The notes under the pieces: model-generated | What the model was told of the DNA's origin: nothing | The model's database searches: none | The model's input: the letters and a program-made list of their open reading frames with translations, nothing else | In this document: piece after piece, positions 1 through 13,200 of the stretch | Layout: each line of letters opens with the position of its first letter | Position numbering within the stretch: position 1 is the stretch's first letter | Made by a program: the position numbers and the translations under genes | NCBI GenBank assembly: GCA_043228905.1 | Contig: JBHGNT010000018.1 | Span: 3,100,001 to 3,164,000, forward strand | Length of the DNA stretch: 64,000 nucleotides | Source: Azolla caroliniana | Lineage: Eukaryota; Plantae; Polypodiophyta | Direction: 5' to 3'

Positions 1-651
1 CTTTGTTCCTTTTCATGCGGGCAATCATTGAGACTAAAGGTCTCCTAAATATTTCCAGTTATTTGCCTTGTTAAGACTTGGTTCCCATGTTTCTACTGCA
101 TAGAGAAGAGTTGGTGTCATCAGTGTATCAAATAGCCACGATTTAGTTCATGGCTCTCAGAACTGCAGATGTGCACATTGTCTTTCGAGAGCACCAAGGG
201 CTGCATATCCATGAGAAAATCAGGCACAAACAGAAGTAAAAAAGATAAATGATTCAACACTATTAGTATGGTATTCTTTTGGCTTTCTCATTATTTAATG
301 TGAAATCAAAACTAAAAGAAATGTTAATTCATTTCCCCACTTTTTAACCCTGCGGAAAACCTTCTTATTTTTTTACTCATTAATTTCACAGTTCTTTCCT
401 TTTTCTTTTGTTAGACAAGAGTCATTTTAGGATTATGAGATGTTTTAAAAGGGTTTTACAGATTTTAGAATTTACTTCTACTTTTTCAATTCTTGAATTT
501 TGTTGTTAATTTAGTATATTATTGAATATTATTGTACTATTTGAGATAACAACCTTGATAAAATCTAAAAATATCCAGAGAATAAGTTGCGAATGAATTG
601 TAGAAATATGAAAAGTGAAGTATGTCGTCGTTACACAAATGATATTCATTC

Positions 652-1088
652 TGTTGAGAATCAAGCTCAGCTTGTGTGAACATGTGCTTATGAAGAAAAG
701 GACGATGTGTGAAAAAGTGTGTGAGCACACTTACTTGTAATCCGTGTCGTTGTCGAGTGTTAATGTGGTCAAAGAATATTAGATATTCTTATGACAAAAT
801 TGTACTCAAGTGGATATCTTGGTTAGATTCCATCAACACATTTAATATGGCAGCCCTTTGAGGACTTGAATATAAAACCCCCTTTGCCCATTATGTTTTG
901 TTGATGATCTTTACTTAATTAATATAGCTCTCTTCAGTGCATAAGCTGTCAAACCCCTACTGTGTGTTTTCTTATTTTCTGGTTATTCTCTCTGATTCCT
1001 TCTCTTGCTTATACACTAACTCACACACACACACACACACACATTACGCTTCTGAATACTCAACTCTACTAGAGTTAGATTCTTTACA
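652..1088 (+). mobile_element. Solo LTR in a callose synthase intron
   Basis: Termini TGTTGAGAATCAAGCTC...GATTCTTTACA; perfect 5-bp TSD CATTC (647-651 and 1089-1093); same termini as the element at 23122-23565. Confidence 0.85.
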
Positions 1089-1236
1089 CATTCAAATGTA
1101 TCACAATCATCTGAACGTAAACTGATGTTTGACCATCTGTAGTTTAATCAATTCTATCATTGTAATTCATGTAATACACTTTATCTCCAACTTTTTGCAA
1201 TATTCTAATTGGTTTAATTTACTCCTTTTTCTCCAG

Positions 1237-4200
1237 GTAACAATAACATGTTAACTATATTCTTCATGTGGGCTCCTGTGGTCTTGGTATGTACATGCCA
1301 CATTCTCCCACTTTTTAATGTTTAAATAGTGCTGCTGTACGCACATGTTTCACAGTGATATTTTCTTGATGTTTGGATATGCGTATGCTTTGGGCTATTT
1401 GAAAGTGCTTCATCTTACTTGGAATCTGATAAAAAGGTTTATACTGGAAGCATACACTACAATTTGACACAGTTTCTAAAAGTCTAGCTAGTATCCTGCG
1501 CACAAGAGATCAAGAAATTTATTAGGAGATCAGAAATTCACAAACAACTAATGCACAATTTTTAGAAAACAAGTTGCTGATTCGTATAAGATGATTACTT
1601 GAAGAAAACTGTTTTCAGCTGATTCCAGTATTCTTCTTTTGGAAGAATGTTTGACATCGTGAGAATAGGATTACAGCTTTCATACTGAGCATGATAACCT
1701 GGTTGTTAGAGTCCAGATCTATCGGCAGTGAGAGACAGACCCATGTGCCCATCGGTGTCCCATACCACCACGAATGGACAAGGTTTGTACCCTGGTAGCT
1801 AAGGGAACTCTTGAGAGCCTTGGCACACTGCAGAGTCTGACATGACGTAGAATAATTGATCCCCATAAGTCTGCAATGGCAGGAGATAATAACCTTCATC
1901 TGTCAATGATAAGGGTGGTGAGGTCATGGTCCAGGAGGATGGCCTACGTGCATGTCAAATTTCTATTGCCTGATCTATTGTATCCCCTTTGCAAATCCTA
2001 GTTGGAAGCATGTGTATGTAGCCCTTGATTGATTTATAGCATGAGTAGAAGTGAGGGGCTAAAGAAAGATGTGATTGTTTTTTTGTTTCTGAGCTTGTTA
2101 GGCTGCTTTGTTATCCTTCAACAATTTCTCCTTGTGTCTCTTTGGTTCTAGTAAGAAAAGCCCCAAGCACCGTTGGTCCTCATTTTCCATTACCTTGCAT
2201 AGTGGATCAAAACCAATGCTTAAAGAGGCAATAATATCTCCCTCTTCTTTCATAAAAAACAATGTAATGACAAACATAGTGCTCTTCAGATTCCACTCCC
2301 TGATGACACAATTGGCAAATTCATTCTTCTACAGGTATTTGTGCATATCATCCTACCTCAATATCTACCTGATGTGAAGAAGTTCACAGCTGCCCTATGA
2401 CACTTCCCAATGCACAGGATAGATGTATGTCCAGATAAGAGGACCTGTTTAGGGATCCATCCTCCAATGTGCGTAAAAAGTGTCTGATAGTGGGGCATCT
2501 TCCTAAGAAGAGATTTTGTGGGGCTGATCCACGTTATTCTGTTTACAAGTGATAATTAATGTCTTCTCATAGGCCAAAATGGCAAGAGATTGCATCTTAA
2601 AATGTTGGTATCTGAGAACAGCAAACCAGAATTGATGTAACGAAATAAATATAGAAGTGACTGAAGAATTCCATTGTCTACACACATAAGACTCTAAAGT
2701 CAAATGAACTGTAATTTTTTTGTTTGAATGATCTCTTGCGTATGTCGATCCAAAATAGAGAGATCTCTGAAGTGAGGGAAGCACCTGGGATGGTGGGAGA
2801 AAAAGGCCTTTATCTGTTGATGAAAAGGGTGGGGAAATTGGTGTCCATCAACTTCTCCCTGTATCTGTTGAGTTCTTGCAAGAACATCCCCAATCCATGT
2901 TAGTCCTCATATTCGAAGACATTGCGTTGTGGGCTAAAGCCAATGCTTAAAGAGGCAATGGTATTTCCCCCTTAAATCATAAAAAATAGTAGTGACTAAC
3001 ATAGTGCTCCTCAAATTCCACTCCTTGATGACACAACTAACAAATTCTTTCTCCCAGAGTTGTGCACGCATAATTGCCTACCACAATCTCTTAATGATGT
3101 GAAGAGATACACAGTGGCCCTATCACATATAAGAGGGACAGATATATGTCCATATAAGCAGGCCTGAAAGCGATCCATTGTCTGACATGCATAACATGTG
3201 TGCTTTATAGTGGGCCATCTTCCTACCAATAGCTATTGTGGGGATGATCCATGTTCTTCCATTACCAATTTGAAAATATCAATTGGATTACTCTATTCTT
3301 TTCCTCTTTGATTGTGTTTAGATGAGGATAATCAAAGTTATATTGGAATACGGGTAGTGCATTTATGGTTATGCCGTGCGTTTGACCATGCTAACGATGA
3401 TCATCTCCATTTCAGCAAGTTGTTTTGATGATATAATTGCCAGGCGGGAGTACCTTCATTTACGGAGATCTCAAAGCCATTGCATTCTTGACACTGTTCT
3501 GCATAATGCCTTTGCACCCATCTTTGCCCAGATTATATCATGGGGCACTTGTGCTCTACTCATCATTTGGGCGATCATTTAGGCTAATGGTTCCTCGAAA
3601 ACTTTCCAATTATCTGCCTTGTGAATATGCGGGGCCAAAGTTTCTACTCTGTAGAGAAGAGTCGGTTTGACAAGTCTATTGAATAGACACAATTTAGTTT
3701 GTGGCTGTTAGAATTGTATGTGTGCACATTGTCTTTCAAGAGCACCAAGCTGCATATCCATGAGAAAGTTGGGCACATGCAGCCCCTCTCGGGAGAACTA
3801 AGACCCTATGAATGTTACTCATTGGTATTTGTAGGATTATGTGTATGGCACCTTTTCCTCTCCCAAAAGAAATACATATATATGTACAGCATAGGAGCAC
3901 GCACACACACATATATATATATACATAAATAAATAAGGTGAATTCTGATGGATTTCAATACAGCTAAAATTCTACGACATCAATATTGTGACTTTGATTT
4001 TGTCAGCTATGTTTCTAAGTGTTTTGATGAAAACTGGCATGCAGATCTATCTTCTTGACATTTCAATATGGTACACAGTGTGGTCAGCATTTTTAGGAGG
4101 CCTAATTGGTGCAAGGGACCGTCTGGGAGAAGTATTATGATCATTCTTTTTTAGTTCATGAGTGAATTTATTGTTTTGTGCAGTGATATGTCTTACAGAT

Positions 4201-7200
4201 ATAGGTTAAAAAGGAAATGTTATATTATATAAACTGGCAGTTCAAGTTTTTGTGATATTATTCTCCATTATTGTCTAACTACCTGTGTAGTTATATTATA
4301 TTGCAAGGCTATAAACTCTAATATGCATGATGTGTTGATACTTTTCAGATACGTTCGCTTACTATGTTGCGAGACCGTTTTGAAACATTTCCAGAGGCGT
4401 TTGTAAAGAGCTTGACTTCCAACCCGCATAAGTAAGTTGTATGAGGAACTCATCAATATTAGATGATTCTTCCTGTTCAATAATGGAGCAATAGTTAACT
4501 TTTTGGTTTGCTTGTTTTGGTTTCTTCTGCAGACAAGGGACTGCAGAAATGAAGGTCAGTATTGGGTCTGTTGTAATTTCCCAAGTAAATAACTATATAC
4601 TATCACTGAAGAGAACACAAAAGCGGTAGCAAAAACATTTGTAGGGGTAGAAATTAATTGCAAAATGAACATTCTCCTTTCATTTAATCTCAAGTGTTAC
4701 ATATATGTTACAACTGGAGAAAGAAAGAAAGATATATTAATGTCTTTTAAGAAGCCAAAATGGCCTATAAGACCAAACAAGAGATTACATCTTAAGTGTT
4801 GTCTCGTCTTTGAGAACAACAAATCAAAAAGAAAATAAGTAAATAATACTCCGTAAATATAAAAGTATATAAGATAAAAACAGATGAGGGAATCTGGTTT
4901 TCGGCACATGTGAAATTCTCAAGTTAGATATATTGTAGCTTTTGTCTTCGAAAGATCTCTAGCATAGGTCGATCCAGAATGGAAATGTCTCCGAAGCGAG
5001 GGAAGCACCTGCGATGGCGGGAGATAATGGCTTTTATCTGTCGATGACAAGGGTGTCGAGGTCGTGGTCCACGGCAAACTGCTATTGCCTGATCAATTGT
5101 AACCCCTTTGTTATGTCCTGGTCGGGAGCCCATTTGTGTATCCCGTGATTGACTTGTCACATTAGTAGGAGTGATGGGGCTAAAGAAAGTTGTGATTGTT
5201 CTTTGTGGATGAGCTTGTGTGGCTGTATTCTTCAACAACTTTTCCCAATGTCTCTTAAGCTCTAGGAAGAAAAGTCCTAGGCACCGTTGGTCCTTATATT
5301 CCATTACCCTGCGCAGTGGGCCAAAGCCTTGTTTAAAGAGGCCAAGATATGGCCATTGGACTAATTAGCTGTTGGGGCTGGCTAGCCGTTGGACTACAAC
5401 TTTAATCATTCCACTAAGCCCATCTTGTCACACAGTCTAGAAAAACTTACTGGCCCAAGTCTCTTTGTAAGACAATCTGCTACTTAATCTTCAATAGAAA
5501 CATGACTCAATTTTAATATTTCACTATTAATCTTCTCCTTGATAAAGAATCTGTCGATTTCGATGTGCTTGGTCCTATCATGCTGTACTAGATTGTTGCA
5601 ATCCTGATTGCTGACTTATTGTCACACCACAGCCTCATCTGACTTTCTTGATTCATCTGACTTGTCGCTTCCAATTTTACAAATCATATTTGCAAAGAGC
5701 GGGTAGGTGATTGTTGTCACCTTCTTGGTCGACAGACACAAAAGGTCGGATGGCTTACTCTTTAAGAAGGCCTATCAAGGGGATTGTGGTTGGAGATATG
5801 GATTTGGTCGACTCTGATTTCTTAATCACTCCTGGTTAATCCTTATTTACTAATAATTCTCACTCCAGGATCACTTACTTATCTTCATCAAACACATTTG
5901 TATCAATCACACATACAAATGTAATTACGATACTTAATTACTCCGAAACTTAGGATCGACTATATATTGCAACGCTCTCTCTCTCTCTCTGGTCGTACGA
6001 CTTAATATAATCACTCTCTTAGAACATAATCACAATAAGACACAGAGTACTCTAAACTAAAATTATATTAAATTTATACACTTATAGATCGATAGTGTTA
6101 CAATGCTCTATCCCCCTTTTTATAGGCGCCATGAGGAACTTACATCAAGAAACTACAACTGCCGTTTGGCAAGAACCTTATAATTACGACTAACTACCTA
6201 CTATATTTTATACTTGGAATTGTATTTTTCTGGTTCGACTGCTTTCACACTTGTCCGTCTCCGACTACTCTTTCGATTATCATTACGACTCTCTTCCATT
6301 CTTTTTTGACTTCTAATATCCTCGGCCTTCGACTAGGTGATACTCTTGATGATCTTGGTTAATCCCTTGTACTCAATGGGCATGAGTGTAATTCAAAAGC
6401 GTTATGTAAGCTCTTCAATTTCCTCTCTTCTGGAGCATGGTTTGAGGATAGCCCTAGCTGACTGTCCAACCCCTCTGCGATAAGTGCACCATTCCGTGAT
6501 ATAGAGCTGAAATGGTGTTATTAAAACTAAATGGCTTGAAATCAATCAGGAGCACTCCCTATTATCACTGAGCCAAAGATAAAGATCTTAACGATTGACA
6601 CTTATGTCATTGAGAAAATTGAAGATAAGGGGAAGTCATTGTCGGTATACTTATATGTGAAGATTGTTTCAGTCACATGGCATGAGTATAACTGCATGAC
6701 CTCTACGGTTTGGTTTGCCCACATGTAGATATTACTGCAGCAGTGGAGATTTTTTAATGTATTTCTCAATACCACTTACACACACCTATCAGCTGATGGT
6801 TTTATGGTTTAATCCTCTGACATGGGCATTTGTCTTTCTCATGCAAATTTTGTGCTTCAACATTTAATCTAAGACAAATCAGCCGTTTATTATGTTTGAA
6901 GATTTGATCTAGGAAATCAGCTGCATCCTGTGCTTCAACATGTGATCTAGTTGGCTCATGCTTGATACTTTTAATTTAATTTCCGGAAGTTCTAAAATTT
7001 GTCAAAGAGAGCTCTCTATCTTCACGGATCAGGAGCCAAGGCTACAACTACATTTTCTGGTGAAAGAGAAATTACATTTGGTGAAAAAGTTTTGTTCACA
7101 TTCAACTTATGTTCATAGAGTAAAAGCAGTAGATAGATAGATATTTTTTAGCGTCCACGTCCACAGAGAGGCCGATATTGACCCTTAGGACCTAAGTACA

Positions 7201-10200
7201 AAACGTTATCTTGATATGTTTCTCCTTTCTAAGAAGGGAATTCACACTTTGAAGCACCAAGTCTTGGTGTGTGAATAAGGCATACACACTTTCTTCTAGG
7301 TGTTCTCTTTAGTATGATACTCAAGTCATCAACCCTGCCTAATATATCATCATAGCTTTCATGAAATGCACTATATGCAGAGCATGTAAAAATCAAGTGA
7401 TATTCGTCTTCTACTAGCCCTTCCTTGAATACCTTACTTGTCCTTATATTTGGCTGATTTTGATTCCATAATGCACAACTTCAATACCTAGGTTGTGTGA
7501 TCCCGAGTGTAAAGGAGTGTTAGGGCTCTACAAGAGTTAATGCTCATGTTAGTAATAGGCCTTCTTGCCTTATATAGAACCCAATAGGCCTTCTTGCCTT
7601 ATATAGAACCCAACATTTAGGATTGATGTTTGCAATCTAATATTCTAATGTTGTCCTTTTAGCATCTTTCCACGTCTTCCTTTAGGCATACCTATGTGGG
7701 AAGTTTCCACTTATGCAATACAAAGCTTGATCTACCTTTAACAATTGAAAAGCCTTCGATTTCGTCAATGAAAAGGTATATCTTCATGGATCAAGAGCCA
7801 GCTGCCAAGACTATCAATTCCATCAATTCGTGATCAAATGCATGACCTTGCTATTATTTATTTCCTCACCCATTCTTTTGTGGATTGATTGGTTGAAGAC
7901 GTGTTGGACATTGGAATTTCGGATGTATATGTCGGCATGTTGCACAAACTTTATTACAAGGGAAATTTTCTGAGAGTTTTCGAAAAACATAAGAAAACCC
8001 AAGAAATCATTACATAGAAATGGGGGTTTGTAAAATCGATTAATGGTTCGTGACTCCTATCCTCATACGTTACATAATATTTTTTCTGGGGAGACAAAAC
8101 TTGAATAATTATAAAGTTTAAAGCGTTTTTTTGTCGGCCTTCCCTCCACGTTTCACTCAACGTGAGTAGTTCAAACTTCCAGGATGCACTTTGACAGCAT
8201 TCAATACTGAAAATCATGATGATTCCTATTTCTCTTCCCTCCCTCCCTCCCCTTTATCTGTCTCCCTGTCTTGTCTCTGTAGATCAGTTTTTCTGATACT
8301 TGAGTCTTATATGGTCCATATGAATTGATTTATGAGATTCAATATATATATACATATAGATAAAAGGAGAGTCTGCCCATCAGTTAGCAGTAGAGATTAG
8401 CCTTAGGTTTGGGGTTGTGTTAATGTGGTCTCTCTCTATGGATGAATCAAATCAATCAACTTTTTGATGAGTTAACGAGATGCAGGAGAAATCCATGAGT
8501 CGGAAATAGAGATTAGTGATAGATAGATTTGGTTGTGTTACGTGCTCTTTAATGATTGATCAATCAATTAGATTTTGAGTTACAGATGCAGCGAAGAATC
8601 CATGAGTGGGCAATAGAGATTAGTGATCGGTTTGGTGGTATTGTATGGATTAATCAATCAATCTATAGATTTGAGTTATAAGTATATATATATATATATA
8701 TGAGCGAGCAGTAGACCGATGATTGATAGGATTGGTGATGGGATTAATCAAATTCAATGTATATATATGTATGCAACAAAATCCAGGCATTGGGGGGGGG
8801 TAGAAACCAAAAGATAGACGGATCAAATTGAGGTACAGATCGAGGAATATGGGGAAATCAGTGACATCAATTGGGCTAGTGTCGGTGCTAACCGTAGCGA
8901 TTGTGTTGGTGGGTGGGGTTTCTTATTACTGGATGTACGGCCTCATCTTCGAGAATCTGCAGATTATTGGTGACCCCATTGGTCTGATGCGGAGGAAGGA
9001 AATGGCGGCGGCAGCGAAGGAGGAGTCTAATCACACGAGCATCCCAAGCTCAGCAGATTATGTGTTTCCCATCGTGGCGATGGGCAAAGACGGGGGCACA
9101 TGTAACTGCACGTTCCATGGTGGCAGCGGCGGGGGCGGGGGCGGGGGCGGGGGCGTAGGCTGCACGTGCGAGGTAGGGCAGGGCAAGAAGCGCACGTGCG
9201 GGGGGGGATTGCCGGCCTCTCCTGGCGGTATGCTGGAGATGAAGGGGAAGAAGAAGGAGGAGGAGGAGGAGGAGGTGCAGCCATGGTACGCACGCAATCG
9301 TACATGGCACTACCCTGCCCTGTTCCCGCGCTGCTCCATGGATGTCTGCTTCAACTACACCAGGTGTGCCAACCAATCCGAGCTTCTCATCTACTCCTAC
9401 GCCATACCCAGCCCGCCCGTGCGCTACTTTACCCTGCTCAACAGCAGCAGTCCCTGGTACACAGACGACCCCCAAAAGGCCTGCCTCTTCCTTGTCTTCT
9501 TGGACAACCCCAATATCAGAACCCACCCCAGCCGCCTCCCTTACTGGGGCCCCAATGGCCTCAACCACGTGTTGGTCACCTTCGCCGACATTTGGCGCCT
9601 ACGTGGCCCCCCTCCCCACAGCATCGGCTTCGCGTCCATCCTCGCGTCCGACATGCACGAGACCGTCTATAGGCCCGGCTTCGACATCAGCCTCACTCTC
9701 AATGGCCGTGTCCATTTGACTGCCTTGCAGTCCGTCCCGCCCGTCGCCCGCCCGTATTTGGTCACCTTCCGCGGCCTCCGATATCTGGGCCACCCCACCG
9801 AAGAGGGCGTCCTACGGAGCTACGACTCGTTCCGCTCGATTCACAACGGGAAAGATGTGATCGTCGTGACGACCTGTAAGCAGAAGACGAATGACATGAA
9901 GAGGAAGGAGAACCCAGAATTTGGGAGGCACTGCGAGGAGGACGAGGCGGAGTATGCGCGATACACATTTCATGGCCTCATGAATACGACGTTCGGGCTT
10001 GTGCCTGCGGGGCGGTCCCCCAATTCATACCGGCTGGTTGAGGTGATGGCAGCAGGCGTTGTGCCTGTTCTCATTGTCGATAATTATGTGAAGCCGTTCG
10101 ATACATTGATCCAATGGCATCGCTGCATTCTCCAGTTCCCATCATCTCAGATGCACCTCATCGTGCATACCCTCCGGGCCATGGTCGCCCGGGGGGGAAA

Positions 10201-13200
10201 CAACCAAACTGAGCTCCTGCAACGCCAACGTTACTGTATCCACATCTACAACCATTTCCTTCGTGATGATCCCACCCTCTTGCGCGCCACCATTGCGTCC
10301 CTAAAAGCTCGCTTATATGGTGCTGTGCCCTTCATGCCAACCACTGTTGATGACTAATTTGAACTCACAAGACATTGCTTGGACAAAGCAAAGTGATGCA
10401 CTCTCCTGGAGAATGTGAAATCCTTTATGATTTGTGAAATTATGATTTGAGACCTGATTAGTAAATCACAATTAAAATCTGCAATTTCCTGCATTTACAA
10501 CCCTACTCTAAGAAAACTAGCTTGTCAAAACAGCAACCTACTCGTGTCCTTGGTAACTAGCTGTTGAACTTTATCCTAGCATCTCGTGTCCCCAAAAACT
10601 AATCAATGTGTTTTCCTGCAAGCATTTAGTTGTCAAGAGGGCAAACATGGATGAAAATTCAATCTATTGGGTTGGGCCAATGTGCCCTAGTTTATTTTTC
10701 ATGATTAGATGAGCAATATATAATATATCGGACAGATATGGGTCATTACCTTGGTTCTACTTTTAACTTGTCCCATGAATAAAATAGAATTTTTATCGTC
10801 CACCAAGAGGCCAACTTTGACCTATTGGACCAAATAAACATATGATCTCGCATATGATTCCTTCCTAAGAAGGGGGGGGGGGGGGTGACTACTATATTGT
10901 AAAACCTCTCTAATTGAAAATAATGCATGCACATACGTGCTGACCATTCTTGGTTGAGTATCACTTTGGTTGCATTGATTCTTGAACATATAATAACTAT
11001 TCTAACATAATAACTACACTACATTCATAGCATACATGCCACCTACTTGTCAATGGGACATCAAAGAGTGTGGGTGAGAGTGGACACCCTTGGTTGATCC
11101 CCATGTTGCTCAAGAAGTACTTCGAGAAACCACTATCCAGTTTGGTGCCTAACTTGCTCATACAATCATGTCACCACTATTGGTATTCCAATCTCTATCA
11201 TTCTTTTCCAAAGCTCACTCCTTTGGTACAATGTCAATAGCTTTCTTGAAGAATGTGGGTGAGAGTGGACACCCTTGTTTGATCCCCATGTTGGTCAAGA
11301 AGTACTTCGAGAAACCACTATCCAGTTTGGTGCCTAACTTGCTCATACAATCATGTCACCACTATTGGCATTCCAATCTCTATCATTCTTTTCCAAAGCT
11401 CACTCCTTTGGTACAATGTCAATAGCTTTCTTGGAGTCGACAAAACAACAAGATAGTGTTTTCCCTTGTTGTCGTCTTTCTTCCATGGTTGCTCTTAGTG
11501 TATTCAATTGATCGATAGTGGAAAGTCTTGTTCTAAAGCTGGCATGGCCAAGTGCTCGTTTGTGTTCAGCCTACAAGCTAATCTTCTATTCAATCATAGT
11601 GCTGTATAACTTGGCCATAACGGAGCTAACCATAATAGTTAGATAGATATCAATTTTTTAGTTTATTCCAATTCGTGAGTCAATATTTTGGAAAGCTGTG
11701 TCTGATAGATTGATCCAAGATAATTGCTATCCGTTGACAAGTTTGTGGTCTTGTCTATTTCAAGAGCTCACACAAGAAGATGGACATGCAATTGTCTCAG
11801 ATTTAAAAAGTGGAGCATCAAAATATTGCATTATATGTGTTCAACTCAGAAGCCAGTTATGAGTCAGAATAATGTCTAAGTTTGACTGAATACATGACAC
11901 ATTATTAGATACCCAAAGTTTTGACATGATATTTAGGTTGAATTGAAAAGATCATGACATGGTTCAATTTTATGAATCAGATTTCTTTAAGCGAATTTGT
12001 CTATGATTTTTGTATCCATTAGTGCAGTTCCATGTACATGATAAACTACGAATGGCAGATAAACTACAAATATATGAATATATCCTTCTGTTAACAACAA
12101 ATTAGTTAGGAGTTTTGGGACAACATCCAATAAGTGAAAACTGCTTGGTTATATGAAGAACGGAATGTAAGCTTTTGGTTGGCATCAATACCTTATTATA
12201 TATATCCTCAATATGTATAATGCATCCTTATTATGGTTGGCGACGATGACGTTTGCATATTGAGCAAAGCTTCAACTGACCTTGAAGAGCTTCAACAAGC
12301 TAAAAATAGCGGGCTCAGAGTGATCTCACAATGATTTTAAAAGGGAAACTTGCTAGTTGTGGAAGATGAAACTCTAGCATTCAAATGAACCATTTTGTAG
12401 ACAATTTGGATAAGATCTCGATGGTCAACAGGAAGATATTAAGGGGTGGATGAGAGGGGCAACCAATACAAGACTAGACTACTAAGCATATCAACTTTGT
12501 GACGGGTTGACAGCAAGAGCCTTGTGCTATAAGCATATCAGCAAGCTAGAATAAATTTATCAATGATTAGGGGATGGAGACTATATCTTTTTGGTACTGT
12601 CTCAGATGGATTCTCAGATGAGGAGAGACTAATAATCCTTGTCTAGAAATGAAGAATAGGTAAAAGTCCATTCATTGTTAAGATCTCACATGAAGCAATG
12701 ACATATAGAATTCCCTCTATGAGAAAGCATTTGCAATTACACCTGTTCCATCTATTATGATCTCTACATTGACATCTATAGATGATTTACGCTATCTCAT
12801 CTCTCCTGTGTTTTCAAAGCTTCAATAAAACAAGAATATCCCTTATACTTGTCATATAAATGTTTATCTTATTTAATGTCATTTATTGTATTTCTTTCCA
12901 GAAAATTATGTTAAATGTATGGCTTGGAACTTCATGCAGGAGTCTAGTAGGACAGAAAGAGAGGAAGCTGCATCATTTGCACCATTTTGGAATGAGATAA
13001 TTCACTGTCTCCGGGCTGAGGATTATATTACAAACCGGTACATTGTCTGATGTTGCATATCCTGTATATTTTCAACATTGCTGGGTTTTATTGATGGGGG
13101 AAAAGATACTGGGAGAAGCAGTGAAATTATGGAGAGAGTAGTTGGCTATTCAGAAATAAGTTCCTTACTGATCTTCATGTTCGATTAAAAACTAAAACTG

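Noticed and set aside
9027-9968. Several overlapping alternative-frame and antisense ORFs in the GT47 gene
   Set aside because: Expected by-product of high GC content; low-complexity translations.
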